A program made the position numbers and the translations under genes. From assembly GCF_009914755.1 (NCBI RefSeq), contig NC_060931.1: a stretch of 64,000 nt of DNA; one strand, 5' to 3'. Positions 1-17,748 of the stretch are shown here, in pieces. The notes under the pieces were generated by a model. The model was not told the origin of the DNA. It ran no database searches and saw nothing but the letters and a program-made list of their open reading frames with translations. This DNA is from the human T2T-CHM13v2.0 reference genome, Homo sapiens. The first letter of the stretch is position 1. Every line of letters begins with the position of its first letter.

Positions 1-4190
<4,190 letters not shown>

Positions 4191-5376
4191 CTCTAAATGA
4201 AGTTTTCATTTGCATAGTTTCAGATTTCGGCCTTCACTTGTTTGGTATAGAAAATATTGATACATTTTGAATTTCACCTGATTTTACCTTCCTTCATTTC
4301 CCCTCTTGACAGTTTTTCTAAAATCTCTGAAATGACAATGATCAGAGTAAGAGCAGTAGACACAATAAATAGTGAAAATAAATTATAAATAAATTAACAG
4401 CATATTGGTTCTTTTCCCTAGCACTGCAGTCCTGTGTGTTTAATAACAACAAATATTTTCAATTATATAACTTAATATAGAGAATTTTACTTGTTAACCT
4501 CACTTTGTTAGCACACAAATGAAGAATATGGAGTAAGATCTATTTTTACAGAAGCAGAGTAGTAAAGTAGAAAGAGTCCACTGCAGCAGAATCTCTGATG
4601 CCACTTAATTAGCTGTGCCACTGAACTATAGGTTCCTCATTTGTGAAAACAAAACAATGGACCAGTGAGCTCTGAGGTACCCTCAAGACCAAAATATGTG
4701 GCTCTATGATGATGGTTTCCTTTTTTTCCTTCTTTTTGCTACTGAGAACAAAGTATTCAAACTAAGGAAGATTATGAGTAGTCCTACTTAGTTGGATACT
4801 GAGTTAGTAGAATTTGATATCCAAATTCTTCTAATATTAGAATTCTTTTGAGTTACATTAATAAACTCTATTGAGTACTAATAGAATAAACCTCTTTATT
4901 AGAAATTTTGGATAATTTGCAAAGGAAATAGAAACTATGGTTCTGTTCATAACCTCTAAAAATTAAACTAGGAAGGAATGAACAAACAGAAAAATCTGTA
5001 CCTGTGAATATGAGGAATATGAGATTTCACTTTTTCTTACAAGCAAGTCAAAGTGATTTTTTTTTTAGCTTTGTTAATTCTTTCAGCAAATGTTTACTGA
5101 ATATCTGCCATGTGCCAGGAGTAGTGCCAGGCACAGGACTCCCGCTGTCCTTGAAGAGTTTTGTGGGATGTGCTGACCTACAGGTACATACAGTGAGCTA
5201 TGGAATTTTTAAGGCAAACAATTTGATTTAAAAGAAATGTTTAGTTCAATAAAGGTAACATACGCAGAAATTAGCTTAAGACACAAGCTTGGTCTTTAGC
5301 CTTTGAAGAATAAACTGGGTCAGTAGTGGTGGAATATGAAATCAAGGGAAATACTATGTGCTTTCTATGTAGATGA

Positions 5377-5757
<381 letters not shown>

Positions 5758-8700
5758 TAGGTTTCTTTGTTCATTGGTTTCACATACCCCCTTTTTTGTG
5801 ACTCTAACAAACATCTTCCATAAATGTGTCAGAGAAGCACAGCGCATGGTTCTAACAGCTAATAAAAGCCATAAAATGGAGTGTGTACAACTTCATATAA
5901 TGCATAGGTCTTTTCCTTGGTATTGTCCAGAGCGGATGATGGTTATGGTAAAGTTAGCTTTACCATGGTAAAATCAAGCTTAAAGTTAGATTTTATAATC
6001 AGATTGATTTGCGAGGAAATAATTTCTAAAAATTCTGTTGGAAAAAGTGAGTGTATTTTTAACCAAGTTTATAAAGCTTAGTGAGTATCTACAGGACATC
6101 AGGGATTTTATTACAGTATGTAGATAAATTATTAACTGTTGAGAACATCTGGGATTCTTATTTCCTATCAAGCCCAACTGTCTCTCCATGTTCTTCTATC
6201 CTTGTGTCTACTTGTGTACACCAACACTTCCTGGGTTCTTTCTGTTTCTAGCCCCCTAAGACCTAGCTACAGAAGGCCATATAGACTGCCCAGCTTCTTC
6301 CTTCCTAGCTACTTACAAAGAAACACTGAACTTATGTTTATAACAAATTTACTGCTTGTCACCATAGAGAAATAGGTCAATGGCAACAAAATTGTAAAAC
6401 TATAAAAAGTTAGACAGTTTATAAAATCTTGCAGGAGTTTTATGGTCCTTGTTCTGAATTGACCCCATCCCCTATGATTGATGTATTGTTGTAAGTAAAA
6501 TGCCCAGATCATAAGTGCTCAGCCAAATGAATTTTTACATATGTGTGTGCTCCTGAAACCACTACCTACATCAAGTATAGATATAGAAGATTTTTATTAT
6601 CCCACAAGGCTCCCTTGCGCCTCTTCCCAAATAGTATCCTTCCTCTCTCCACTTGAAAGTAACCACTTTGCTGACTTCCATCACTATAATTTAATTTCCC
6701 CTGTTACTAGACTTCATAGAAATTGAATAATGTGGTATATATTCTTTGTGTCTGACTTCTTTTACTTATCATTATACCTAACTCTTCTAAGATATTAAAT
6801 GGAAGCTACTTTGGACTTTGTCCTCTGCTTTTCTATGTGGGTAGATCTTAACAGTTCTCCCCTTTCTTGTTGACTCTTTCATTACTGAAGGCCTTGTGGA
6901 CCCCCTTCCTTCATTAAGGATATATTGAATATAGTACCAGGTGTCTTTGGCTTCATGTGGGAAGTCTCCATTTCTTAAAATGTCAGACTAGGAAATTTTC
7001 ATTTCACTGAAGCATCCTGTGAGAATAAACACCTTTAATCACTTCCTCACAACCTTTTAATGTGGATGTTTCACAATAAAACATCTTGCTTCCAGTAGGA
7101 GTGTTTGTTTTGAAGGTAAATGGAAATGATAAATAATAGTAACTTGTTTTAGGTTGTGTAGGTGGTAAATGGAGAAACCAGTCTGTCTTCATTCCAAACT
7201 CATATTCTTTGTTATTAAGTACAGTTCAGGTTGGCCACTTTTGCTACTTAACACTTGTAACTGGGGTAAAAATGAAAAGTAGAAATAATGGTGGCAGTAC
7301 AGCTAGACAGTTAAGTCTGGAGTTCTGTTTTCTTTAATACTGTGGATAATTGAGAGATGCTGAACCAAAAAGAAAATGTATTGAGAGGATGGTAAATGAG
7401 TTCCATTTTGGTTAACTGGTTGTGAGATTGCCTTCAGGGCCTCCCAGTGAATAGTGGTTTCTGTAGTTCACAGGTCTTCACTTACATCATAAGTTTCAAA
7501 CAGTGCATGTTCTTTAATATATAATAGCTCTTTTTCCTAAATATGTATAATCAATTTTATTATGAGAAAGTATAATCATGTCACTCTCCTGCCAGGGTCT
7601 TTTGCAGGAGACATTGTAACATAGAAGTTAAGAGTAGCACTGGCTTTGGGACCATAGGAATGCATTTGAATCCTGGGAAGTTTTGGACATAAAACCTGCA
7701 TTAATTCTCAAAGATTTAATGAATGGTAGCTGCTGCTATAAAAATAGTCACCTTTATTATCACCTGTTAGTTTCCCTAATCCTTTCAGGAAAAAAATATC
7801 AATTATTTAATACACAGCTTAGTCAAAACCTCCTTCCCTAGCCTAGTTTGTGTCAATTATCTAATAAGATGAATTCTGACCATTTCTTAGACAGATTAGA
7901 CCTTTTCCTAAGTTTGCCTTTGTTGGTATATTTTCCTCTGTGCCCTTTTGTTCCTACATACCAGATATCTGCCTGCATAACACTAATTTCTTTATATTCA
8001 TCCTCTTGTTTTTTTAATATGTAAAATGAGAACATTGGTTCAGATCATCTCTAAAGCTAAGGTTTTTTTCCTAATAGTTAAAAAATATTTCTTAGTAAAA
8101 TAGGGTAATAATACCTTCCTCATATCATTGAGGTTACATGAGATACAGCAAAATGCTTAGCACAACTTATTGGCACATGGCAAACAATTAGTGGTGATGA
8201 ATGTTGCTTAATAGTGATTTTTTTAAAATCTCTTTAGAAGTTATATAGAATGGGTTTCAGAATTATTTAAGACATTTCTCTGTTTTCTACAAGATCACCT
8301 CAGTTTGAGAATTAAAGCCCCATGACATCAGTTTCATAATATCTACCATATTTAGCTGAGAGGCATTACTTTGTGATTAAGATCAAGTTGATGTTACTAC
8401 TCCCTGGAAAACTGTGTAGCTCTCTGTTATGCAATACAAGGTTTCTAGTTCTCAAATCAAATACCATCTTTATAAAGAGAAAATTAAAATAGCACCTATC
8501 CCTTTTATATATGTAACTATGCACACATGGGTGTGTTAGAATTGGGAGTTGAGGTTTATGTATTTCAACTGAGGTTATACTTCTAGTTTATTTAAGGAAC
8601 ACTTATTGAGCATTTATTGTATGTCAGATATTGTACTGGAGAGTGGAGAAATAGAGATGAATAATATGTGATATCTGTCTTTAAGGAATTTATAGTGTAG

Positions 8701-8924
8701 TAGGGAGTAATTAGGAATGTAAACAAATAATACACTATTATAAATACACTATTATACAGTGATGTTTAGAATACTAAAAGTGTAAAGGAGGGAGTTGTCC
8801 AGAAATTTTACAATTTCTGGAACTAATATATGTCATTCAAACTGTAGGCTAGTTTCTGACTCATTTCTTCTTTATGTAAGGCCCAAACTCTGGGTTTTGC
8901 TATTTTTAAATATACTAATTATTT

Positions 8925-9193
8925 CTGTGATCCCAGCATTTTGGGAGGTCAAGGCGGGCAGCTCACTTGAGGTCAGGAGTTAAAGACCAGCCTGGCCAAC
9001 ATAGTGAAACCCCATCTCTACTAAAAATACAAAAAGTTAGCCAGGTATGGTGGCATGCAGCTGCAGTCTCAGCTAATTAGGAGGCTGAGACAAGAGGATC
9101 ACTTGAACTTGGGAGGTGGAGGTTGCAGCAAGCCGAGATCACGTCACTGCATTCCAGCCTGGGCAACAGAGCAAGAGTCCATCTCAAAAAAAA
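8925..9193 (+). mobile_element. 5'-truncated Alu (J/S)
   Basis: Alu dimer sequence; TSD ATACTAATT(A/C)TTTC on both sides. Confidence 0.9.
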
Positions 9194-12100
9194 GATACTA
9201 ATTCTTTCCTATAATGTATGTTTTCTACAATAAATCATAAATTGGTGTTTTTTTATTAAAGACATAAAAGGAAGCTGTATAGCTTTCCTAGAGCTTTTCA
9301 TCATTATGAAAACAGAATTAATTATATAATTTTGAAGTCAACTAGGATTGATTTGATTTGGAGTACCTACATGTTCTGCAGTTGCTGTGGAGAGATTTGT
9401 TCTGTGGTAGAGTAACTAGTTCAGACATCTGTAGGAGCCTGGATAGACATGGAGGGGAGAGGGATAGCTGCAGTGAATAGCTGCCCTAATGAGGGATGTG
9501 CTGGTGAGCTGATTATTTTTCTAGTATTCATTTTATATACGTATTCTTTTTCTGACTTTGCTAACATCATTTTTGTGTGTTCCTAACATCTATTCGCTAT
9601 GAATTATGTATAATTTGAGACCTATAAAATAATTTTGTATTATCAATGTGCATCGCACATTGGTTTTTTTCTTTGCCTGTATGGATTGTAATGCCAGGAC
9701 AAAAACACTCTGTCAAGAAAGTTTCAGCTATTGAGAGACTTGTTTCAAGTGAATGGGTTTTTGGCGTTTCGTTTTGATTTTTTACTAGATTTTTCCAGTG
9801 ACCTAAAGACTGAAGGGAACTTGGTCACACTGGTCACATGTGTAAAGTTTCCAGGCTAACTAATAGCCATAGGAACTACTACTGCTCTTCTCTGTGTGGA
9901 GAATTCAGAGATCCAGAATGAGAGCACTCATCTTGACATCATCAGAATGTACCCTAAGAGGTAGCTTACATTCTTCCACATTATCATACCCAAAATAAAG
10001 TTCAAGGAACAAAAATAGCCATTTATATAATACAGATGGCAGTGTCGGAATATTAGTTTCTTAAGCAGCTCTGCCAGCGTTGCTTGATGGTAGCCAAACT
10101 GGTGCTGGTTAAGCCACAAAATGTAGACTTCAGTCAGCTACTTATCATTGATCTTTGGCACAGTTCACTTATGCAGTTGTTATAAAATTCTGCAATTTTG
10201 CAGGATATTGTGGAAACATTGATTATTGTAATCATGAAATAAATGGAATCGTTTGATTCAGGCCAACTACTGAGTAGAGTTGTATTCCAAGAGTCCCTAA
10301 ATTGATTACTTGTAATTTAAGCTATATTTTCCTGAAGGAACAGTGTACACTATGTGGATAGAGTTTCCCAAGCCAATGCATGTAAGCCTATTTAACTCAT
10401 TCTGTGATTTAACTCATAAATATTCGTATTGCTAAACTTTTAGTGTTAGGACTGAGCCTCCCTTGGTCTTAGGAGAAAAAAATCAAAAGTATTAATTTTG
10501 TCTTTTCAGGGTCTAGGGTTGACCCTAGGCAGACTTTTGAAACAGACTGCTTTTGGCATCTTCCTATTCCTTTATACGTATATTTTAACATACTTGTATT
10601 TATCTCTAGGGCTCTATTTCTTGACCTTTTTTTGACCTATGCCCTTACTATGCTTTAACCCTCTATTTTTTAGATAAATCAGCCAAGATTTTATGGCACT
10701 TTTCTTTTGGGGGTTTATATTGTAAAAGCAGATATGATGGGTATACTACTTAGAGCTACCACACCTTGAAAAATCACTGCTTTTGAATCTGGATGCGTTT
10801 ATCAAAATATTCTCTTTATATGGTTCTAGGGCGCTTATTATCCTAGAAGGACCTTTTGGTGGTAAAATTACAGCATATAAAGATATTATTCCAACAAAGG
10901 AGTTAGTCTATAGGTTAAAATTGATCTATTCTAGAATTCATGTCCCTAAGGTCATTTTACCTGTCTTTCAAGAAAGCATCTTAAGATACATACATTCCAG
11001 TGTCTAACAGCACAAAATAAGTATCCAGTAAATGCTATTGTCCCTTCTTTCTGAAAATGTTAACAATTTTAACAATGGCAGATACTGTGATAGCTATGAG
11101 TTATTATTCATAATTCAAAACTACTTAAATATACAACTCAGTTTTAGCCATTATTGCTCAGTTTAGAATATAAGCAAATCAAAAATTTTTAACATACCTG
11201 CATATATATTTCACTTAATTGTTTGTCTATTTACCATGATGTTAGCTCCAACAAGAGTAAATGACCATATTTTGGTCAGTGCTTTACTCTCAGTGAATAA
11301 ACTAGTGCCTAGCATGGTGTAGTGCTTAATGGAGATTTTTTTGAGTATTAAGACCTTTGTTCATGATATGCCCATTTTTTAATGGATATATTTTTATAGC
11401 TATGTTGAAAATGTGTTTTCTTTGAATTGTTAAATTTTATGTTAGGCTTTTAATGTTTATGAAGAGTGTGTGATACTCTTCATAAAAATAAAAACCAAGA
11501 ATAATTAAACTAAGATTATGCTAAATTTAGTGATAGGCTTTTGGTGGGAAAGAGGCCATGAAGTTCAAATTTGCTGTAGAAATAAGGGGAAAGGAAGTAA
11601 CTGCTAAAACTGTCTCATCTTCCCCTTCTTGCTGTTGGTCATGCTGGTAACCAGTAAACTCTGATAGTAACTGGGTGGAAAATAATAGGGTGTCACCTAG
11701 GTTCAAGGAAAAGGGAATCTGTTGGAGTTTTCCTCCCCCATTATCTTTTGTGTTCCTCTGAGAAGAAGTATCAACTCATAGGGACCACTCCTTACACTAT
11801 CTCCTTGTGACACTGACAGAAGGCAGACCCAGTGAAGCTCTTGCCTGAGCCATAAGCCTTTAATTAGAAACAGAATATTAGATTGGAAGGAACTTGATCA
11901 TCTAGTCAGCTCCTCACATCTCTAATAAAGACACTGGAGTTGAGATAGACCCAAACTTAGTGAAACAGATAGCATAACAATAATCAACATTGACTCTGGG
12001 GCAGCCAGGTTGAAGCCCTGCTCTGCCACTTAATTATGTGCCCTTGGACAAGCTACTCAATCGATCTGTATCTCCTCACCTATAAATTGGGGATAGCTGC

Positions 12101-12453
12101 CTCATAGAATTGTTATGATGATTAAATGTGTTCAGGTGATTTTATTATTTCCAATATTACCACAGTCCTTTAGGTAGGTGACATTGTCATTATTAAAGGT
12201 GCCAGAATCTGAGGCTTAGAGAAATTAAGTAACCTAGCTAATTTCCATGGCGTCTACATGCCAACAAAGATATTTTGTAGGAACCTGATTACATCTTGCT
12301 GCCTTTACAGAAGGAATAGTCTTTATATGGGCATTCAGCTGTGAAAGGGCCCGGTGTGTACAGAACAGTAAGAAATTGAACGGTTGGGGTATAGGGGTGA
12401 ATGGTGGAGAGAAGAAAACAGTGAGACTGGAGATTTAGAAAGTCCACTATTTA

Positions 12454-12731
12454 GGCCGGGCGCGGTGGCTCACGCCTGTAATCCCAGCACTTTGGGAGGC
12501 CAAGGCAGGCGGATAACGAGGTCAGGAAATCGAGACCATCCTGGCTAACACGGTGAAACCCCGTCTCTACTAAAAATACAAAAAATGAGCCGGGCGTGGT
12601 GGCGGGCACCTGTAGTCCCAGCTACTCGGGAGGCTGAGGCAGGAGAATGGCATGAACCGAGATCACACCACTGCACTCCAGCCTGGGCGACAGTGCGAGA
12701 CTCCGTCTTAAAAAAAAAAAAAAAAAAAAAA
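12454..12731 (+). mobile_element. AluY with internal right-arm deletion
   Basis: AluY diagnostics (ATCGAGACCATCCTGGCTAACACGG); TSD AAAG(T/G)CCACTATTT. Confidence 0.93.
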
Positions 12732-12907
12732 GGCCACTATTTCATAAGAGTCCTTGTAAGCTTTGCTAAGAGAAAGAAAAGCCAAGGAAAGATCTTTTGT
12801 CAGCTAAAGGATAGGACCAGCTTCACATTTAAGAACTATAACTCACGTTGACACAGAAGTAGAGGCAGTAGGAGGGCAAGATAAGTAGCCATGTTAATAG
12901 TCTAGTC

Positions 12908-13147
12908 TTGTGATTTTCAAACTTGATTTATTCCACACCCTTGTCAGCAATTTTGAATCTGTACCCCTAATAAAAGTTTATATATTTCTAGGTGATATAT
13001 GTATATAATTCATTCTACAAACTGTTAAAGTTTACCTGTTTTAAAAGATTAAAAGTGTGTATAAATGTAGAAATAAATATATTTAATTGCTCTATTTTTT
13101 CCTACATGTCAGCAGATTGTTTCATGCCTCTTAACTGGGAGACCACA
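12908..13147. mobile_element. Probable hAT-Charlie-type DNA transposon relic
   Basis: TGTGATTTTCAAACT start and TGGGAGACCAC end resemble Charlie terminal inverted repeats; judged by eye only. Confidence 0.4.
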
Positions 13148-13991
13148 GGTATAGGGCAAAGATGAGGAGACATAGCAAGGTCAGAGGAACTGGAGGAAAG
13201 GGGCTGAAGAAGAGTCAACAGCATTTGGTGGCCAATTAGATGTATGAGGTGAGGGAGGAGGAGGAGATCAGGATAACAGCAAAGTTCTTATGAAGTTCCA
13301 GCATGGGAGATGTGGAAACGATTACCATCATTAATAAGGTAGTAAATATTGGAGATGGAACAGACTTTAAGGTGACTATAATGATTAAAATTCCATGTTG
13401 GTTTCTGCCTAAAGACATTATAATACCATTTTCCTTTAGCAAGAATTTTTTTAAAAAGAGGAAATGCTAAATTTTATCTAATGTTGCACTGACAACATTG
13501 ATAGCATTTTGCTTTGCCTTCTCTTTTGAACATAGTAAATGCTTAGTAAATATTTAAGTGAATATTTAAAATTGTAGTGAAATTTTTATTAGAAGTTCCA
13601 ATGTTCTTTTTTCCCTAAATGTTAGTAAAGTTTACTTGTTTTTAAAGATAAAAGGTAAATATGTATAATGCACTGATTTTTTTTCCCCACACGTCAGCAG
13701 ATTGTTTCATGCCTCTCTTATTGGGAGACCACAATTGTAGGATACCTTAGGAGCAGTTTAACATGAACAATATGTTCTGTTTTTTGTTTTTTTAAAAACT
13801 GATGTTCCTGGAAATTTTGCCATTTAATAAACTTGACAATATAAAAATTAAGATTGTATTACAGTGATTTTCTTGAGATACCTACTTTTGCGCAAGATAC
13901 AAAATATTTTGTGCAATCCAATTTATTTTGTTTAGTTTTACCATTAAGATTTACAATCATTATTTTAGTCTATAAATTGCTTTGAGGACAC

Positions 13992-14071
13992 TTTTCAGTT
14001 TTAACTGTCATATCAGATTAAAAGTGAGTTGTTTTCATTTTTAATTGTCATATCAGATTTAGAGTGAGTAG
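13992..14071 (+). repeat. 40-bp tandem duplication (35/40 identical)
   Basis: TTTTCAGTTTTAACTGTCATATCAGATTAAAAGTGAGTTG vs TTTTCATTTTTAATTGTCATATCAGATTTAGAGTGAGTAG. Confidence 0.9.
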
Positions 14072-15318
14072 TTAGCATATCAACAATAATGATTAGCACT
14101 GTTGTTCTGCATATCAAGATTATGTTGTGGAAGAAGCACTGTACTTATTTTGACTACACAAAAACAAAAGAGTAACTTTTTGGCTTAATTTGTAAGTTGG
14201 CATCAATTTAATTCATACTTATGGAATGAGAAGTGATTACAAAATATAAAATACCTCCTACATATAATAAATATATAATTAATGGGCCTTGGAATGTAAG
14301 TTGAGTCCCGGTTATTAAAAAATCAATCTGATTTGAAACAAAGTTTATAAATGTAAGTAATAAAAGGTTCTGATGTCATTTTTCCCCTGTACTCTTTGCT
14401 GAATGCTGATCTAAAGGAGATCTTACATATAGCTGATGTCTTGGTTCATTACAATTCTTTAGTATTCTCACAAGGTGTTAACTTTGAATTTTAGAAAAAC
14501 CTTAGAGGCTCTTTGTAAAAGCCAAATGTTCTCCTTACTTCTAAGTTTCCAAGTTGGTCTTGGAGTTAACTGAAAATACAGGCTTTTTAATACAATTGGT
14601 AATACAACCTGATTCTTAAAGTTCATTGCCAAGAAATGATACACAATTGTGTGTTTCTGCTGATTTCATTAGGCCTTCAAACCCCATTATAGTTGATAAT
14701 TTCATTTCCTGAAGCAAAATAAGTATATTTTAACACTAGAGTAGTAATTTTAAGTACTATTCAGTCAATCATATTTCTAATTTAATTCTCTTGGCCAATT
14801 TTATGCTTTAGTATGTCATTGAGTAAAGTGTTGGTTGAACAGTGTACTCACTTTCCTAGTCAGTTAACTACCTGGGAAAGATAGAATAAGAATTACATTC
14901 TACTGCTTATTGCTGCATATACTATGAAAGTATTTTCTTTGCATAGTAGTCTATAGAATCTGCATGCTTTAAGCATTGATTTTAATTTCAGGATGATAGA
15001 TCTCTTTACACTAAAGGATGCCATCATGAACTGACAGAGTTCATGTCAGGCAGTTATAAACCTGGACAACCTGGTACTCCAGATATTATTCTGCTTCTCT
15101 CTCAGAAATAAAATTGTATCTGTATGTACCGGAGTAGAGTACACAAATCTATTGAAAACATTTCCTTTACTCTCTTCTGTCAAGAGGGAGCAGAATAGGC
15201 ACTTAATTTTTGAATGGTTCATCATTTTTAATTTTCAAATTAGAAATGATGTGTTACTTTTTACTATAATAATAATATTCAGCGCTTACTGTGTTTCAGG
15301 CACTATCCTAATCCTTTT

Positions 15319-15474
15319 TTTGTTTGTTTTTTGGTTTTGGGGTTTTTTTTTTTTTTTTGTAGAGAGGGTTTCCCCATGTTGGCCAGGTGGTCTCGAACTC
15401 CTGGCCTCAAGTGATCCTCCCGCCTCAGCCTCCCTAAAATGTTGTGGTTACAGGCGTAAGCCACCTCGCCCAGC
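15319..15474 (-). mobile_element. FLAM/Alu left monomer inside a MIR
   Basis: Monomer with T-rich tail; TSD TATCCTAATCCTTTT at 15304-15318 and 15478-15492. Confidence 0.85.
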
Positions 15475-15644
15475 GCTTATCCTAATCCTTTTACATATAT
15501 TTTTCACAGCTATCATGTCAGTGGTATTTTCTATTTTATAGATAAAAAAACAGAGGGATCAGACTTACCCTATGCCATGCACCTAGGCCTAGGAAGAAGT
15601 CAGGTGGCCTCACTCCAAATCAATGTTCTTAACCATTTCATGAT

Positions 15645-15835
15645 TGGTTTTCAGATATGGCTGTGCTTCAGGTGCACGTGGGAGCTTTACCCCCCACCTC
15701 CCTACCCCAAGGCAGTGCTTGGCTCCTCCCCAGACTAATTAAATCAGAATATTTCAGGAATGAGGTCTAGACATTGATCTTTTTAAAACATCTGATAAGT
15801 CTAATGTGAAAGAAAACTCTGGTTAAGAACCACTA
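15645..15835. mobile_element. MER5-like DNA transposon
   Basis: CCCAGACTAATTAAATCAGAAT core and GGTTAAGAACCACT end. Confidence 0.65.
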
Positions 15836-17496
15836 TTCTATTATTGCTTGTTTTAGAATCAATTTTACTTAATTTAATAAAGTAATGTGATAGAGATAAA
15901 ACCCATCTATAGACTTAGGGCTAGAATAGAACCATGGCAGAGATTTTACATACTACCTGCATAAATGAATCAACCTTTATATATGTGATATATATATTTT
16001 TGAGACAGGGTCTCACTGTCACCCAGGCTGAAGTTCAATGGTATGCTCAAATGTATAATTTTTTATACAAGAAGTGTGGGCCCCACAATATACCAGATAT
16101 AATAAAAATCAGAAGAATTTCAGAATACTCAAGCTATACAAGTACATGTAGTTTAATGAATATTGTTTCTATATGAAATTCCAAACTTGAATAACTTCTC
16201 TAATTTTTCCAAACTCTAATTTATTATCATATGTTTAAAAGTATTTCAGAAGCTACTCGTATTTTAATGGTAAATATGGTACAGATGCATATGTGTGATC
16301 TGTTTTAAAACAGCAATCACATTTTTCCATATTCTTGATTTTCAGAGTTGAGTGATTGTTATAAATATATAAAAATGAGACTTGTGAATACAGAAAGATG
16401 TGAATAACTATATTCACTGCATTTAATTTTATTGACATTAGCTATGATGTTAAAAGTCATAAAGTAACATTTAACCTAATCTCAACTGTATTTCTAGTTA
16501 TGATCCTATATTATTCTCCGGAATACCAGAATGAGAAAACTTACCATTACTGGTAAACAAGAGAGACTCAATTAAGATTACCATGAGACTTCTCATCTTG
16601 AATCTCCTGAGCAGGCATATTTATATTTATAATGTTGTTATTGAAATGTGGCTATTAAATTCAACACAGAGTTTTAAATGAATAGTAATAGTTTGTACAT
16701 TCAAGTCTGGAATGAGTAGCATAGGTTGGTCATATGGGTTGTTTTTAAAGCGTGCTGCTTTGTAAGGCAAGAAAAAATATATATGTAAAATATGTCTTCT
16801 TTGTATGTTAGAACTATTAAAGAAAAATCACAGAATTTTAGAGTTCATGAATGGCAATTCCTTTAATTATATAGAAATCCAGAGAGATGATTGTACTCCA
16901 GGTAACATAGAACTATACAACAAGAGCTAAAGCCACAGACTAGATGTCTCCATTCCCTGACCCCTATTTACAGTCTCTCTGATTGCATACTTAACCTGAA
17001 GAAAAAACTCCAGATTTAGCAAATATTTGTTTATAGTCTCAAAATTTTTTTCTTACAAGCTTTGCCTTTCCAGACCATCTAACATTAAATACATATTCAA
17101 TTAAAAAAAATTTTTATTGAAAAGATATAAACCCTGCCTGTCTAGGATAGCAGTATATTTGTTTACTTAACATTAATACCCCCAAAAAAAGCAGAATAAT
17201 GTTTAAGAGGGTAAAACTCTGTTAAAAGATGCACTTACAGCCTCTGAAATTAGAAATATTTTAAGAAGAAAAATTACTTATTCTAGATTGTTAACAGGAA
17301 GATAATCAGTTTTGCAGATAGATTAGCCAACTCACATCTAGCCTTCAGTTATGAGAAAGTCCTTTGAAACCATCAGTAAAATACTGAAAGAATGTGATAG
17401 GCCTGATGATGTAGTAAGAAAAAGAACACAGAAGACTGTGGCCAAGATGACTTTTCTTACGTGATAATAGAGTGGATCCTTAACTACTGACATGAC

Positions 17497-17540
17497 TGCT
17501 AATGGTATCAAGCTGATGCTAATGGTATCAGGCTGATGCT
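17497..17540 (+). repeat. 20-bp tandem duplication
   Basis: TGCTAATGGTATCA(A/G)GCTGA x2.2. Confidence 0.9.
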
Positions 17541-17618
17541 GCTTGTGCCGTGTAGGCTAAGTTATGTCCAGCAGTAATCTCCATGGAGGCATCTCATGCC
17601 ATATCTACTTGTATTTTT

Positions 17619-17748
17619 TTATTTTTATTTTAAAAATTTCTGTGGATACATAGGTGTATATATTTATAGGGTACATGAGATGTTTTGATACACGTATGTA
17701 GTGTGAAATATGCACATCATGAAGAATGGGATGTCCATCCTCCCTACT
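17619..17748 (-). mobile_element. Very short 5'-truncated L1MA-type 3' end with TSD
   Basis: GGATACATAGGTGTATATATTTATAGGGTACATGAGATGTTTTGATAC matches an L1MA 3'UTR. Perfect 13-bp TSD TACTTGTATTTTT at 17606-17618 and 17749-17761. Confidence 0.8.
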
